From NCBI GenBank assembly GCA_035506515.1, contig DATJPG010000010.1, positions 7,423 through 71,422 on the forward strand: a stretch of 64,000 bases of DNA. The letters run 5' to 3'. Below are positions 20,528 to 31,400 of this stretch, piece after piece. The DNA comes from Acidobacteriota bacterium. Lineage in GTDB: Bacteria > Acidobacteriota > UBA6911. Made by a program: the position numbers and the translations under genes. Numbering within the stretch: the stretch's first letter is position 1; every line of letters begins with the position of its first letter. The notes beneath the pieces were generated by a model that did no database searches, was not told the origin of the DNA, and worked only from the letters and a program-made list of their open reading frames with translations.

Positions 20528-21687
20528 GCGATGCGTGCCTCCGGCGCGAGTAACTGCGCATAGATGGCTTCAAGTCGGCGTGTCTGTTCTTCGAAGCTGA
20601 ACCTCGATTGAACCGTTTGGCGAGCCGCCGAACCCATGGATTCGCGCTGCGACTGATTCTTTACGCACTGTATTACCGCATCTGCAAGGAATTCCGGCTT
20701 CCCGGGCGCAACAAGCAGGCCGTTTCGTCCATGTTCCATCAATTCCGGGACGCCGCCCACGGATGTTGCTACGGCGGTCTTCCCAAACGAGAAGGCCTCC
20801 AGCAAAACATTTGGCAGCCCTTCACTGTGAGATGGCAGAATCAACAGGTCCATTGCCCGATAGATATCTTCAATATCCTCTCTAAACCCGATGAAGCGGG
20901 CCCGGTCCGCGATGTTCAGCTCGATCGCCTGCCTTTCCAGTTGTTTGCGACAAGGACCATCACCGCAAATTAGGAACCGGCACTCCTCCGCATGTTTTCC
21001 GATGAGCGCAATGGCCTGGAGGAGGTCCGCATGCCCTTTCTCGGGGCTGAGGCGGCCGGCCGTAACACATAATACGACGTCACTGGGCAAATCGAATTTT
21101 CTAAGAACCCGAGATCGGATCTGTTGTGTGTCGAGTCCCACATCGCGTGTGCAGACAGCATTGTGAACCACCCATGCGCGCCGCGGGGAAACGCCAAGCC
21201 CCTCTATTGTCCGTCGCTGACCCTCCGACACACAGACAACGCCATCCACTTTCTCCAGCGCAAGACGGTCCAGAAACTGGTAAAAGTCGACCTTTAGGTT
21301 CTCTTTTGTGTACCCTCGTGAGAATGCCAGTGTCGGAATGCCCGATGTCTTGCGTATCCATGCGCCCATAACGGTAGATTTGTAGCCATGTACGCATAAC
21401 AGGTGAACACCTTGGGATTGAACTTGCCTTTTGAGTTTTAACCAGGCGCGCAGGTCCAGTGGACTCGCCATGTGTATGCCTATGTTGGCTATGCCGGCTC
21501 TTTTTGCTTGCTTGAGAAAATCATTCTCCTGAGCATCTTCAAGAAAGGAAAATACCATTCCAGAATATTGTGAGGGGTCCAGAAGCTTAAGATGGCCGAC
21601 AATCTGTCGCTCCGGACCGCCATAAAAATTGGTTGCAATGAGATGCGCAACTTTCCATCGATTCTGACAGGGCGCCTGCATATTCAT
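20524..21687 (-). CDS. Glycosyltransferase family 1 (GT4)
   Basis: ORF 20524..22089. The likely start is the ATG at 21687, two nt after the upstream gene's TAA, giving MNMQAPCQNRWKVAHLIATNFYGGPE. C-terminal motif SHSEGLPNVLLEAFSFGKTAVATSVGGVPELMEHGRNGLLV. Confidence 0.75.
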   Translation of the reverse strand: MNMQAPCQNRWKVAHLIATNFYGGPERQIVGHLKLLDPSQYSGMVFSFLEDAQENDFLKQAKRAGIANIGIHMASPLDLRAWLKLKRQVQSQGVHLLCVHGYKSTVMGAWIRKTSGIPTLAFSRGYTKENLKVDFYQFLDRLALEKVDGVVCVSEGQRRTIEGLGVSPRRAWVVHNAVCTRDVGLDTQQIRSRVLRKFDLPSDVVLCVTAGRLSPEKGHADLLQAIALIGKHAEECRFLICGDGPCRKQLERQAIELNIADRARFIGFREDIEDIYRAMDLLILPSHSEGLPNVLLEAFSFGKTAVATSVGGVPELMEHGRNGLLVAPGKPEFLADAVIQCVKNQSQRESMGSAARQTVQSRFSFEEQTRRLEAIYAQLLAPEARIA

Positions 21688-21689
21688 TT

Positions 21690-23069
21690 TTACCGTGGAG
21701 TCCTGTTCCATTGAAGGCTGCTTGTGTGGAATAGCCCGCTGACTGAAATCCAGATCAACCGCATCAAAACAACAGGCACACGGCACAGCAAACCCAAACG
21801 CCTTTTCGTCACTCCCAGGAGGATTATCCCGGATCCAAAATAGAGGACACAAAGAAAGCACAAAATCGTGGAAGCAAGCAGGAGCAGATCCGTGATCCAG
21901 CAGCGGACTATCCACCGGGCTATGGCGCTTGTCGCAATTGCGCAACACAACACGATTAAGAAAATTGGTCGGCTCATAAAGAGCAGCATGCAGCCTGCAT
22001 CCAGCAAACCAATAGAACGTTTGCGGATGCCCGCCCAGAGCAATTTGAATCCCTGGATCCTCGCAAAAGACAGATTGCCCTTCGCCCATCGTTCCCTTTG
22101 AACACTCAATTGCCGGCGATCTGTCGGAAAAGCGGACCGAACCTCCGCCGTTTCGAGGAACCGGACATAAATTCCTTCACGAAACAACTCGAGCGAATAC
22201 TCCAGATCTTCCACAACGGATCGCGCATTCCACGGAATGCGCTGCAGAAGGCTTTTGTGCAAAACCATTCCGGTACCACGGAGCATGACGGGCAGGCGCA
22301 GTCGAGATTTAGCGGAGTAGAACAAGCGATTTTCAATAATATTGCCTACGGAGAGCATATAGCTAATGGGATTCGCGTCGGGATTGGATACGCTATCGGC
22401 AAGTTGGAGAGCGCAGTCCCCCACCTGCATGCGCAGGTCGATTTCCTTAAGCGCATTCGAGTCGAGCACACAATCCGCATCCATCACCACAAAGGCGTCG
22501 CACATAGTCTCCCGGAGTCGTTCAAATCCATAGGAAAGGGCATAGCCTTTTCCCACGCATGTTTCATCCATCCGAACAAGGCATCTGACGCCGAAAGACG
22601 AGGCGATCTCAGCGGTCTTGTCTGAGCAGTTATCGGCGATGACGTATATGTCGAACTTATCCGTCGGGTATTCCAATTCCAAACATGATTGCACCGCCGT
22701 CCCGATGCTGGTTTGTTCATCATGGGCTGGAATGATGATTGTGAACCTATTCGTTGGAGAGGCATATGCAGCCTGTCGATTCTTGGCCGGAATCAGGGAA
22801 ACGACGGCGAGTGCGCAATAATAAAGCATGGCAACAGCCGCTGGCATGAAAAAGACTATGGATACGGCTATTACGACTATTTGGAGGATTTGCAAAAGCT
22901 CCTCACTGAAATGGTTTGGTGTCGACCGGATGCAAACAAAACTATTCTTTTGCCGACGGCATTTCAGAGAATTCGGAATCGCCAATGAAGCGCCGCGGCT
23001 CTGCATAGCTATAGCTTCGCCTCCTCGCTTACATGAAGGAGTCGGCCTAAGCCATTCTGACGGAAGCAA
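21690..23069 (-). CDS. Membrane-bound glycosyltransferase family 2 (GT2, processive-type)
   Basis: FTIIIPAHDE, DIYVIADNCSDKT, VMDADCV, QRERWAKG (QxxRW-like), with flanking TM helices. The start is uncertain; internal ATGs exist at 23006 and 22847. Confidence 0.7.
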   Translation of the reverse strand: MLPSEWLRPTPSCKRGGEAIAMQSRGASLAIPNSLKCRRQKNSFVCIRSTPNHFSEELLQILQIVVIAVSIVFFMPAAVAMLYYCALAVVSLIPAKNRQAAYASPTNRFTIIIPAHDEQTSIGTAVQSCLELEYPTDKFDIYVIADNCSDKTAEIASSFGVRCLVRMDETCVGKGYALSYGFERLRETMCDAFVVMDADCVLDSNALKEIDLRMQVGDCALQLADSVSNPDANPISYMLSVGNIIENRLFYSAKSRLRLPVMLRGTGMVLHKSLLQRIPWNARSVVEDLEYSLELFREGIYVRFLETAEVRSAFPTDRRQLSVQRERWAKGNLSFARIQGFKLLWAGIRKRSIGLLDAGCMLLFMSRPIFLIVLCCAIATSAIARWIVRCWITDLLLLASTILCFLCVLYFGSGIILLGVTKRRLGLLCRVPVVLMRLIWISVSGLFHTSSLQWNRTPR

Positions 23070-23306
23070 TTATGGAAAGATGAAATCCTTCCGTCTTTTT
23101 TTATACAGCCTAACGTCGCATCGGCCGATTTCTTCATTGTGTTAACAATTTTAAGAATTGAGAATTCAATATAATTCCTTTATCTCCTGATACTATGCGC
23201 GATTATTCAGTCATTGAACCAGAGGTGCTTCATGAGCGGCCACTTGAGGTAAGATGGCGCATGCCCACTATTCCAACCGCAGCCACAGTGCCGACTCCGC
23301 GGCAAG

Positions 23307-25427
23307 ATGGGTCTCGTGTGTGGCGGCATTTTCACAGGAGCTTCACTGAGGCGGGACGCGATGTTTAATCTGGCCTATTTAAACTCGCTTTCATTCATCG
23401 TGGGGATTGTTACTGCGATGCTGGTTTTTTTCTTCCGGCGGTTAGGGAACGCGTCCCGGCTGCTTGCGCTGTTTCTGGTACTGTCTTCGTGTTCCGCGGG
23501 CATTCTCGCTTTTCCGTCTTTTATGGATGGAAGAACAATGGGTGCGTTTCTCCGGCTCTCATTCTGTCTGCTCATGGCTGCGGCACCGCTGGGAGTCATC
23601 GTCAGCTGCATGGTTGGCCGCGAGTCGCATCAACGGCTTTTGGGCGAGAGGCGCATTCCTACCTGCTTCATGCTGATCGCTGTGCCCATCGGAATCTTCT
23701 GGATTTACTCTGGATCGCCCTCACACAACCTGCAGCTTCCGCCCGGAGAAGGAGCGCTTGGGCCTGCCGCTTATTTCTGCTCCCTCTATCTCGTGCTGCT
23801 TTCCATCATTGTGCTGGCCAATCTCGAACAGACGCTCCGAAGCGCACAGGAATATGTCCGTTGGGAAATCAAGTTTCTATTGCTGGGAATTGCGGGCAGC
23901 TTCGCATCGGTCATCTACTGCGCTTCGAAAGTGCTTTTATACCCGCCGAGGCTGGGACTTATTTCCCTAAACTCCATGCAGATCTTTCCGCTGGTGTTTC
24001 TTTTTTCCTGCCCCCTCATTCTCGTGTCGTGGAAACGGAGCACCGGGCGATGGAAAGTATCCGTTTCTCCGGGTCTTGTTTACAGATCCGTTACCATCGT
24101 CGGCGTCGGAATCTACCTGATCGTTTCCAGCTTTGCGGCATGGTGGGTGGGACACTGGAATAATTCGGAAAACTCAATAGAAGCGGCATTATTCCTCATC
24201 CTGCTCTTAGTCCTCGCCTTGATTCTTCTGTGGACCGATTTCCGGCACCGGGTGAAGCACTGGATCCGCAGGCATCTTCTTGCCGGCAACTATGACTATC
24301 GCCGGTACTGGCTGGAGGCCAACGAGCGAATCCAGTCCATCGATCCACCGGACGTTGCCGGCGATGCCTTTGCGGACATTGTGCAGAAGGCAGTCGGCGC
24401 AATCGATGTCAGTATCTGGCTGCGACTGGCAAACCCGACGCGGCTGAGGTTGGTTGGAACGCGCGGCGAGGTGTCTTACCCGCCGGGAGGAGAAGTCTCC
24501 GGAGTATTTGAGAGGATTGTTGACCTTGAAAAGCCTACCCCTGTCGACTCATTCGGCTGGGGGCCGTCGCAAGAGCCGATGGCAACTTTTCTGACGCTGA
24601 CAAAGGCGTCGGTCCTTGTCCCGCTACGGTCGGGGAACCGCATGGTGGGACTTCTTACCGTCGGTTCGGATCGCAGTGGGGAACGCTATGACTGGAATGC
24701 GTTGGAGTTCCTTGGTGTGCTTGGGAGACATGCGGCCGGCGAATTCCACAAGACGGACTTGCTCTCCACCCTGGTGGAAACCAAGGAAAATGAAGCATTT
24801 CATGCTTTTTCGACATTTTTGCTGCACGATTTGAAGAATTTCGCCTCAACCCTTTCTCTGATCGCAAAGAATGCGTCCCGCTACCAGGACGATCTCAATT
24901 TCCAGCGTGATGCTTTCCAATCTGTGTCCGATACGGCTGAAAAAATGAAGCGGCTGTGCAACAGCCTGCGGGCCTTTTCAGGGGCGGCGGCGGACAAAAG
25001 GCCCAATAATTTAAATCAGATTGTGCAAAGGGTTGCCGATAACTTTTCTGGAGATTTAGGAGAGCGACTGGTTCTGGATCTTGCTGAAATTCCGCTTGTC
25101 CCTATTGATTCCGAGGATACAGATCGAGTTCTGCGCAACGTGCTGCTAAACGCGCACGAAGCTATTTCGCAGACAGGTACCGTAATAGTTCGAACGCGCA
25201 ACCTCGGTTCACAGGTCGAAGTTTCGGTGGAAGATAACGGATGCGGAATGAAGGCCGAATTCCTCCAAAAAGAGCTCTTTGTGCCGTTTCGTACGACGAA
25301 AAGCGAAGGGTTGGGGATCGGGCTATACCAGACGAAGAAAATAATGGAAGCGCATTGCGGGACGATTCTGGTAGAGAGCCGACCGGGGCACGGGACAGTG
25401 GTGCGGCTGTTGTTCCCGCTGACCTGA
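23307..25427 (+). CDS. prsK: PEP-CTERM system sensor histidine kinase (PrsK-like)
   Basis: Polytopic N-terminal membrane domain, a GAF-like middle region, HisKA H-box FSTFLLHDLKNF, and HATPase_c (EDNGCGM, GLGIGLY). It lies next to the prsR-like regulator and the exosortase gene. Confidence 0.8.
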   Translation: MGLVCGGIFTGASLRRDAMFNLAYLNSLSFIVGIVTAMLVFFFRRLGNASRLLALFLVLSSCSAGILAFPSFMDGRTMGAFLRLSFCLLMAAAPLGVIVSCMVGRESHQRLLGERRIPTCFMLIAVPIGIFWIYSGSPSHNLQLPPGEGALGPAAYFCSLYLVLLSIIVLANLEQTLRSAQEYVRWEIKFLLLGIAGSFASVIYCASKVLLYPPRLGLISLNSMQIFPLVFLFSCPLILVSWKRSTGRWKVSVSPGLVYRSVTIVGVGIYLIVSSFAAWWVGHWNNSENSIEAALFLILLLVLALILLWTDFRHRVKHWIRRHLLAGNYDYRRYWLEANERIQSIDPPDVAGDAFADIVQKAVGAIDVSIWLRLANPTRLRLVGTRGEVSYPPGGEVSGVFERIVDLEKPTPVDSFGWGPSQEPMATFLTLTKASVLVPLRSGNRMVGLLTVGSDRSGERYDWNALEFLGVLGRHAAGEFHKTDLLSTLVETKENEAFHAFSTFLLHDLKNFASTLSLIAKNASRYQDDLNFQRDAFQSVSDTAEKMKRLCNSLRAFSGAAADKRPNNLNQIVQRVADNFSGDLGERLVLDLAEIPLVPIDSEDTDRVLRNVLLNAHEAISQTGTVIVRTRNLGSQVEVSVEDNGCGMKAEFLQKELFVPFRTTKSEGLGIGLYQTKKIMEAHCGTILVESRPGHGTVVRLLFPLT

Positions 25428-25487
25428 GGATCGCTGATTATTAAGAAAGCGGCAGCTCGCCGCCGCTTTGCCAAATGAGATAAGGAC

Positions 25488-26840
25488 ATGTTGCCGAAGC
25501 TGCTGGTTGTGGATGACGATGAGCAGATTCTTCGCCAGATTCGGTGGGCATTGTCGGAGGATTATGCCGTTTACATGGCATCCGACCGGCAGAGCGCCCT
25601 CGATTTGTTCCAAAGGGAAAAAGTTTCGGTCGCACTGCTCGATCTGGGACTGCCCCCTCATCCGCGGGAAGCGGCGGAAGGCCTCCTCGCGCTGGATGAA
25701 ATGATCGCATTGAATCCGCTGGTCAAAGTAATCATCGTTTCCGGCAATTCTGAGCGCAAGAATGCCCTCCGCGCGATCGAGAGAGGAGCGCATGACATAT
25801 TTCCCAAGCCTGTAGACCTCGACGCATTGAAGATCGTATTGAGCCGGGCTTTTAAGCGTCTCGAATTGGAAAAGGAGAGCATCGAGGAACGCCACATGGC
25901 CCAGCGTGTTTCGCTGGAGGAAATGATTGGCCAGAGTCCCGCGATGAAAAATATTTTCGCCGCGGTGCGCAAGGTGGCTTCGACGGAAGTTCCGGTCCTG
26001 ATTCTCGGAGAAAGCGGCACAGGCAAGGAATTGATCGCCAACGCGATCCACAACCGAAGTGCGAGGAACCATGGGCCGTTTGTGGCTATCAACTGCGCTG
26101 CCATACCCGAAACTCTCCTGGAAAGCGAATTGTTCGGACACGAGAAGGGATCTTTCAGCGGGGCAATCGCCCAGAGACGCGGCAAGTTTGAGTATGCCAA
26201 AGGAGGAACCCTCTTCCTCGACGAGATTGGCGATCTGGTCCCTGAACTGCAAGTCAAGATTTTGCGATTCCTGCAGGAGAAAGTGGTGGAGCGCGTGGGC
26301 GGCAGGGAGTCCATCCACGTCGATGCCCGCGTCATCGCGGCCACGAATCAGGACCTGGAAGCGGCCGTCAAGAATGGCAGGTTTCGCGAAGACCTTTATT
26401 TTCGTCTGGCCGTGGTCCGTTTGGTTCTGCCTCCATTGCGCGAACGGGGCGAAGATGTCATTGAGCTCGCACATCACCTCGCGGAGTCTTATTGCCGCGA
26501 AATGAAGAAGCCGCCCATCCGGTTTTCGAAATCGGCGTTGGACGCCATGCGTCGCCATGCGTGGCCGGGGAACGTCCGCGAACTTCAAAACCGTGTCCAG
26601 CGCGCGCTGGTGCTTTCAGACGGCAAGATGATCAATCCCGCCGAGATGGATTTGTTCGAACTGCCGGGCGAGCAAGAGAATCCACTGAGCACCTTGAAGG
26701 AAGCGCGACAGGGGTTTGAACGCGACATTATTGCGCGCGCATTGAAGGAAAATGACGGGAACATATCGAAGACTGCGCGGGCGATTGGGATCAGCCGGCC
26801 CACGCTCTACGAACTTCTGGAGCGCCATGGACTTCGATAA
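25488..26840 (+). CDS. prsR: PEP-CTERM-box sigma-54-dependent response regulator (PrsR-like)
   Basis: Receiver domain (LLVVDDD...D), AAA+ sigma-54 interaction domain (GESGTGKE, GAFTGA-like ESELFGHEKGSFSGA), and C-terminal Fis-type HTH. Confidence 0.85.
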   Translation: MLPKLLVVDDDEQILRQIRWALSEDYAVYMASDRQSALDLFQREKVSVALLDLGLPPHPREAAEGLLALDEMIALNPLVKVIIVSGNSERKNALRAIERGAHDIFPKPVDLDALKIVLSRAFKRLELEKESIEERHMAQRVSLEEMIGQSPAMKNIFAAVRKVASTEVPVLILGESGTGKELIANAIHNRSARNHGPFVAINCAAIPETLLESELFGHEKGSFSGAIAQRRGKFEYAKGGTLFLDEIGDLVPELQVKILRFLQEKVVERVGGRESIHVDARVIAATNQDLEAAVKNGRFREDLYFRLAVVRLVLPPLRERGEDVIELAHHLAESYCREMKKPPIRFSKSALDAMRRHAWPGNVRELQNRVQRALVLSDGKMINPAEMDLFELPGEQENPLSTLKEARQGFERDIIARALKENDGNISKTARAIGISRPTLYELLERHGLR

Positions 26841-27717
26841 TATGAATGGCCGCCTGAGCGGAGAAACACTGAATCTGAAGATTGCCACCGCACTCGCGCT
26901 GCTTCTTGTCTGTTTCGGAATCCTGTATCGCCCAATCATCGGCGAATTGGCGCAGGATTGGCTGCATGACGACAATTGCTCTCATGGCTTTTTAATTGTT
27001 CCGCTCGCTCTTTATTTTGCGTGGGAGCGGCGCCTCAAGTTTGTCCTGGCCAAACAGAGACCCTCATCCACAGGCGCCGTGCTCTTCGCGCCGGCCATAC
27101 TTGCAGCCGCATTAAACATGCATCCCTTCGTGAATCGCATTGCGATGCTGCTGTGTGTTGTGGGCGCAGTAGTTTTTCTCTGCGGATGGGCCCGGTTGAA
27201 GGTGATGTTTTTTCCTATTGCCTTTCTCTTGCTGATGATTCCGATTCCCGCGGTTATATTCAACCCCCTGACATTCCCTCTTCAATTGCTCGCATCCCGC
27301 TTCGGAGAATTGGTTCTGGTTGCGTGCCGTGTCCCGGTGCTGCGGGAGGGAAATATCATGCAGCTGGCAAACACGAGCCTCGAAGTTGCCGAAGCCTGCA
27401 GCGGAATACGGTCGCTGATATCACTTTTGACGCTGGCAATTGTGTATGGATATTTTGTCGAGTCACGGATCTGGGTTCGAATTGCGCTTGCAATCGCCGC
27501 CGTCCCGGTTGCAATTGCCTCGAATGCAATCCGTGTGGCCGGCACCGGGCTGGCAGCTCATTTCTATGGCGCGGAAGCCGCCGAGGGGTTTTTCCATTCA
27601 TTTTCCGGCTGGCTGGTTTTTATAGTGGCCTTTGTATTGCTTTTCGCCCTGCACCGCGTGCTGCTTTTGTTTTTGGCGGCCAGGAAAGCCGCTGAGGGTG
27701 CAATGGAGTCTCCCTGA
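26827..27717 (+). CDS. xrtA: Exosortase A (XrtA/EpsH)
   Basis: 8-TM protein with the exosortase active-site motifs EACSGIRSL (Cys) and ASNAIRVAG (Arg). The ATG at 26827 overlaps the prsR stop by 14 nt (ORF track 26752). Confidence 0.85.
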   Translation: MDFDNMNGRLSGETLNLKIATALALLLVCFGILYRPIIGELAQDWLHDDNCSHGFLIVPLALYFAWERRLKFVLAKQRPSSTGAVLFAPAILAAALNMHPFVNRIAMLLCVVGAVVFLCGWARLKVMFFPIAFLLLMIPIPAVIFNPLTFPLQLLASRFGELVLVACRVPVLREGNIMQLANTSLEVAEACSGIRSLISLLTLAIVYGYFVESRIWVRIALAIAAVPVAIASNAIRVAGTGLAAHFYGAEAAEGFFHSFSGWLVFIVAFVLLFALHRVLLLFLAARKAAEGAMESP

Positions 27718-27730
27718 TGAGGAGCCGCTG

Positions 27731-28396
27731 ATGAACATGTCGATGACGGCCCGAGTTCTTGTTCTTTGCGTCTGCATGCTTGCCGGCACCTGGTTGCTTG
27801 CGCACGACCGGGGACCCGTTTCCGTTCCGCCACGCGATTCGCTGTCGACTCTGCCCATGGAAATCGGTCCATGGAGCGGCCAAAACATGAGCGATCTCAG
27901 CAATGATGCGCGCACGATGCTTCGGGTTACCGATTACACAAACCGCACCTATGTGAAACCGGACCGAACAAGCATTGGATTGTATATCGGGTATCATGCG
28001 GAAGGTGGATTCCACTCGCCGCTTAATTGCCTGCCGGGATCCGGCTGGATCCCCGTCAAAACCGGACGCATCGATCTCCCGGTGCAGTTGCTACCGGAGA
28101 AGAGCGGTTTCATAACGTCGATTCATATCAACCGCATAGTGATTTTAAAAGGTTTGGACAAACAGGTGGTGCTTTACTGGTACCAGGGATGTGGCCGGGT
28201 AATCGCAAGCGAGTACTGGGGACTCATTTATGGGATGGTCGACAAAATGCGTTTAGGGCGTACGGATGCGGCACTGGTACGCATCACCAGCCCGGCAACA
28301 TCGCTGGAACCTGCAGCCGAAAATGCCGCCGGCAACAATGCTGTCGATTTTACCCGACTGATTTTCCCGATGCTCAGCCGCTACATCCCGAATTAG
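27731..28396 (+). CDS. epsI: Exosortase-associated EpsI family protein
   Basis: It immediately follows xrtA. Its GAGGA RBS sits 7 nt before the ATG at 27731. It has an N-terminal TM segment and a periplasmic domain. Confidence 0.75.
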   Translation: MNMSMTARVLVLCVCMLAGTWLLAHDRGPVSVPPRDSLSTLPMEIGPWSGQNMSDLSNDARTMLRVTDYTNRTYVKPDRTSIGLYIGYHAEGGFHSPLNCLPGSGWIPVKTGRIDLPVQLLPEKSGFITSIHINRIVILKGLDKQVVLYWYQGCGRVIASEYWGLIYGMVDKMRLGRTDAALVRITSPATSLEPAAENAAGNNAVDFTRLIFPMLSRYIPN

Positions 28397-28463
28397 GCGT
28401 GCTTCGGTGAGTCAAGAGACAATAGTTGTTCGATACAATTCCTGTATCTAGCTGGAGGAAATT

Positions 28464-31400
28464 ATGAGTAGCTCAAGGCGATATTCGGCCGGGTTGCTTC
28501 TTTGGGCTCTATCGGTTTTGCTGGCGGCCGGGTGTTCCGGGAATCACCAAAAGCATATTGCCAGCGGGAAATCATACCTCGCCCAGGGGAAATACAACGA
28601 GGCACTGATCGAATTCCGGAATGCGGTCAAGGCAAATCCTAATGTGTCCGAAACCCACTACAATCTGGCGATTGGACAGCTCAATGCCGGCCAATTTGGT
28701 GACGCCTATCAATCGTTGATTAAAACGGTCCAGCTGAATTCGAACAACACGGATGCCCAGTTATATCTTGCGGATCTTTTGCTGCTAGAGAGCAAGTTTG
28801 ACGAGGCAAGGCTTAAAGCGGATCTCGTTCTTAAACGCAATCCCGGTAATCTTAAAGCACTCATCATCCTTGGAAATTCGTATTCGCAGATGATCCAGCT
28901 GGACGATTCCGCCGGCGAAATAAAAAGGGGCTTACAGCGAGAACCGCGTTTTCTGCCTTCCTACAAGGATCTTGCCGACAGGAAGGATGCCCGGCGCGAA
29001 GAAAAGCTTGCCGAGGAGTCGTATGCAAAAGCCGCGGCAGCGAACCCGAGCTCCGTGCTGCCGAAAATCGCACTTGCCAACTTTTACATGATCCTCAATC
29101 GACCGGTCGAATCGGAAAAGCTCCTGCAGGAAGCGCTGGCTCAGGACGCGAAATCGGCCGATGTGAACAACGCGCAAGGTTTCTTCTTTCTACAGAACCA
29201 AAGATTGGCCGAAGCGGAGGCCGCCTACACTCGTGTGCGAGATGCCGTCCCGAACGATCCCCTCCCCAAAATTGTGCTGGCAGATTTCCTAATGGGAACC
29301 GGCCAGACAGACCGGGCAATGGATGCCTATCGGAATCTGGCGGCCGAAAGTTCCACGAACATTTTGGGCCGGGCGCGGCTGGCTAATGCGTATCTGTCTC
29401 GCGGGGAATTCGACAAAGCCGGCTCCATCATCGATGAAATTCTGAAAATCGACCCGAAGGATGCGGATGGGCAAGTGCTTCACGGCCAGCTTTTGTTAAT
29501 GCAGAAAAAGGTCCCGGAAGCCATGCAAGCCCTGCAGACGGCTCTGAAAACAAGGCAGACGTCCGCACAAGCCCACTATTTCATGGGGTTGGCTCAGATT
29601 AGCTCAGGCGATGTGCAGAAGGGTGAGTCGGAATTGAAAACGGCTCTAATCCTCGATCCGTCGCTGACGCAGGCATATCTGGCGCTTGCCCGATTGAAGA
29701 TGAATTCAGGCGATTTTCAGAATGCCGCTTCTCTCGCGAGGCAAGCTTTGGATCTTAGTCCCAACCTGGATGATGCGCGGCTCATTCTGGCGGGCGCGCT
29801 TATAAAAACGAAGGATTACCAGAACGCAAGGGCAGAACTGGAATCGTTTGTCGGCAAGAACCCGTCCAATGAGGTCGGCCATCTCAGGCTGGGTGAGGTC
29901 TACAGAGCCCAAGGTAACGTACAGCAGGCCGAGAAGGAGATGGAGTCATCTCTGAAGATAAATCCGCATTACGCGGATGCCTTGGACTCGCTTTCGGATT
30001 TGTATCTTGCCCAGGGGAGTCCGCAGAAAGCTCTGGATCGGATCAACCGGGCCATCGAGCAAAATCCCCAACAGGCAAAACTGTATGAGATCCTCGGGCG
30101 GACGTACGGCAAGATGAAAAATTATGCGAAGGCCGAAGAGGCCTTCTTGAAGGCGGTATCGATTGATCCCAATAACGCGACCTATCGCCAGAGATTGGGC
30201 GCGTTTTATGCCGTGATAGGCAAGAATGACAAGAGTATCGAAACCCTGGAGAAACTGGCCAGGGAGAATCCGGCCAACATTGGATTTAAGTTCGGGCTGG
30301 CGAATGCCTACTTCGATCAGAAATCATATGGAAATGTCGACGCGATCGCGAACGAAATCCTGAAGGCAAATCCGAAGAATCCCGAAGGATTGCTGCTTAA
30401 GGGAAGGACCCTGCTTGCGCAGAACAACGCTGCCGCTGCCGTCGCCCCGCTAAAGCAGGCATTGGATGTGTCGCGGGATTCCGCTGAAGCACAATATCTC
30501 CTGGGACTGGCGTATTTTCAATTGGGGAATCGATCGGGCGCCGAGAAGGCATGGTCCGACGCAGCCCAGAGCCAGAACCGTTCGGCGGCGCCCGCTATCG
30601 CCTTGGCAAAGCTTAAACTTGAATCGAAGAACGCAGATGAGGCAATCCGATACGCCCAACAGGCCAAGACAATCGACCCAGGCAACAAGGAAGCGCAGCT
30701 GATTCAGGGATCGGCCAATCTTCTTAAGAAAGACTACGGGACCGCGACCACCGACCTGGAGTCTTATGTCCACGCCTGTCCTGATGATGCGGTCGGACAA
30801 CAACGTCTGGGCACTGCATACCTGAATATGGGGAATTTCGCCCGTGCCGAATCCCAGTTTGAAGCTGCCCTCAAAATTGACCCGGCTTCCAGGGAGGCGC
30901 TGGTTGGGATCGCAAATCTGTGCATGCACCAGAAGAGACCGGAAAAAGCCATTCAGCGCATAAATCAACAGCTAACGCGTTTAAGCGGTCCGGCTCGGGG
31001 GGGAGCTTTCACCCTCCTGGCCGAGCTTTATTTCCAACAGAAGGACGCTGTTCGTGCTGAAGACGCGCTGAAGAAGGCTATTGAGGCCGACTTGAAAAAT
31101 CCCGCCTATCGCACGGCTCTGGCGGCATTTTACGAGTCGAGTGGAAATCCCGGCAAAAGCGCGGAGGTGATGCAAAACCTGGCGAAGGAGCAACCCGGGA
31201 ATGTCTCGATCAAAAAGCAATTGGCTGCTTTATATACGCAGCAGAAGTCATGGGAGAAGGGAATTCAGGTCATCGACGAAGTCTTGAAGTTGAACGCAAA
31301 GGATTCAGAAGCCCATGTTTTGAAAAGCCGTTTGCTGATCGGGCAAGGGAAGGTGGATGATGCCATATCCGAAGCGCGGAATGCCGTCAATGCCAACCCG

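Noticed and set aside
22098-22625. 175-aa plus-strand ORF
   Set aside because: Antisense to the GT2 gene 21690..23069, which has clear GT-A motifs.
25323-26588. 421-aa minus-strand ORF
   Set aside because: Antisense to the prsK and prsR genes, and with no motifs.
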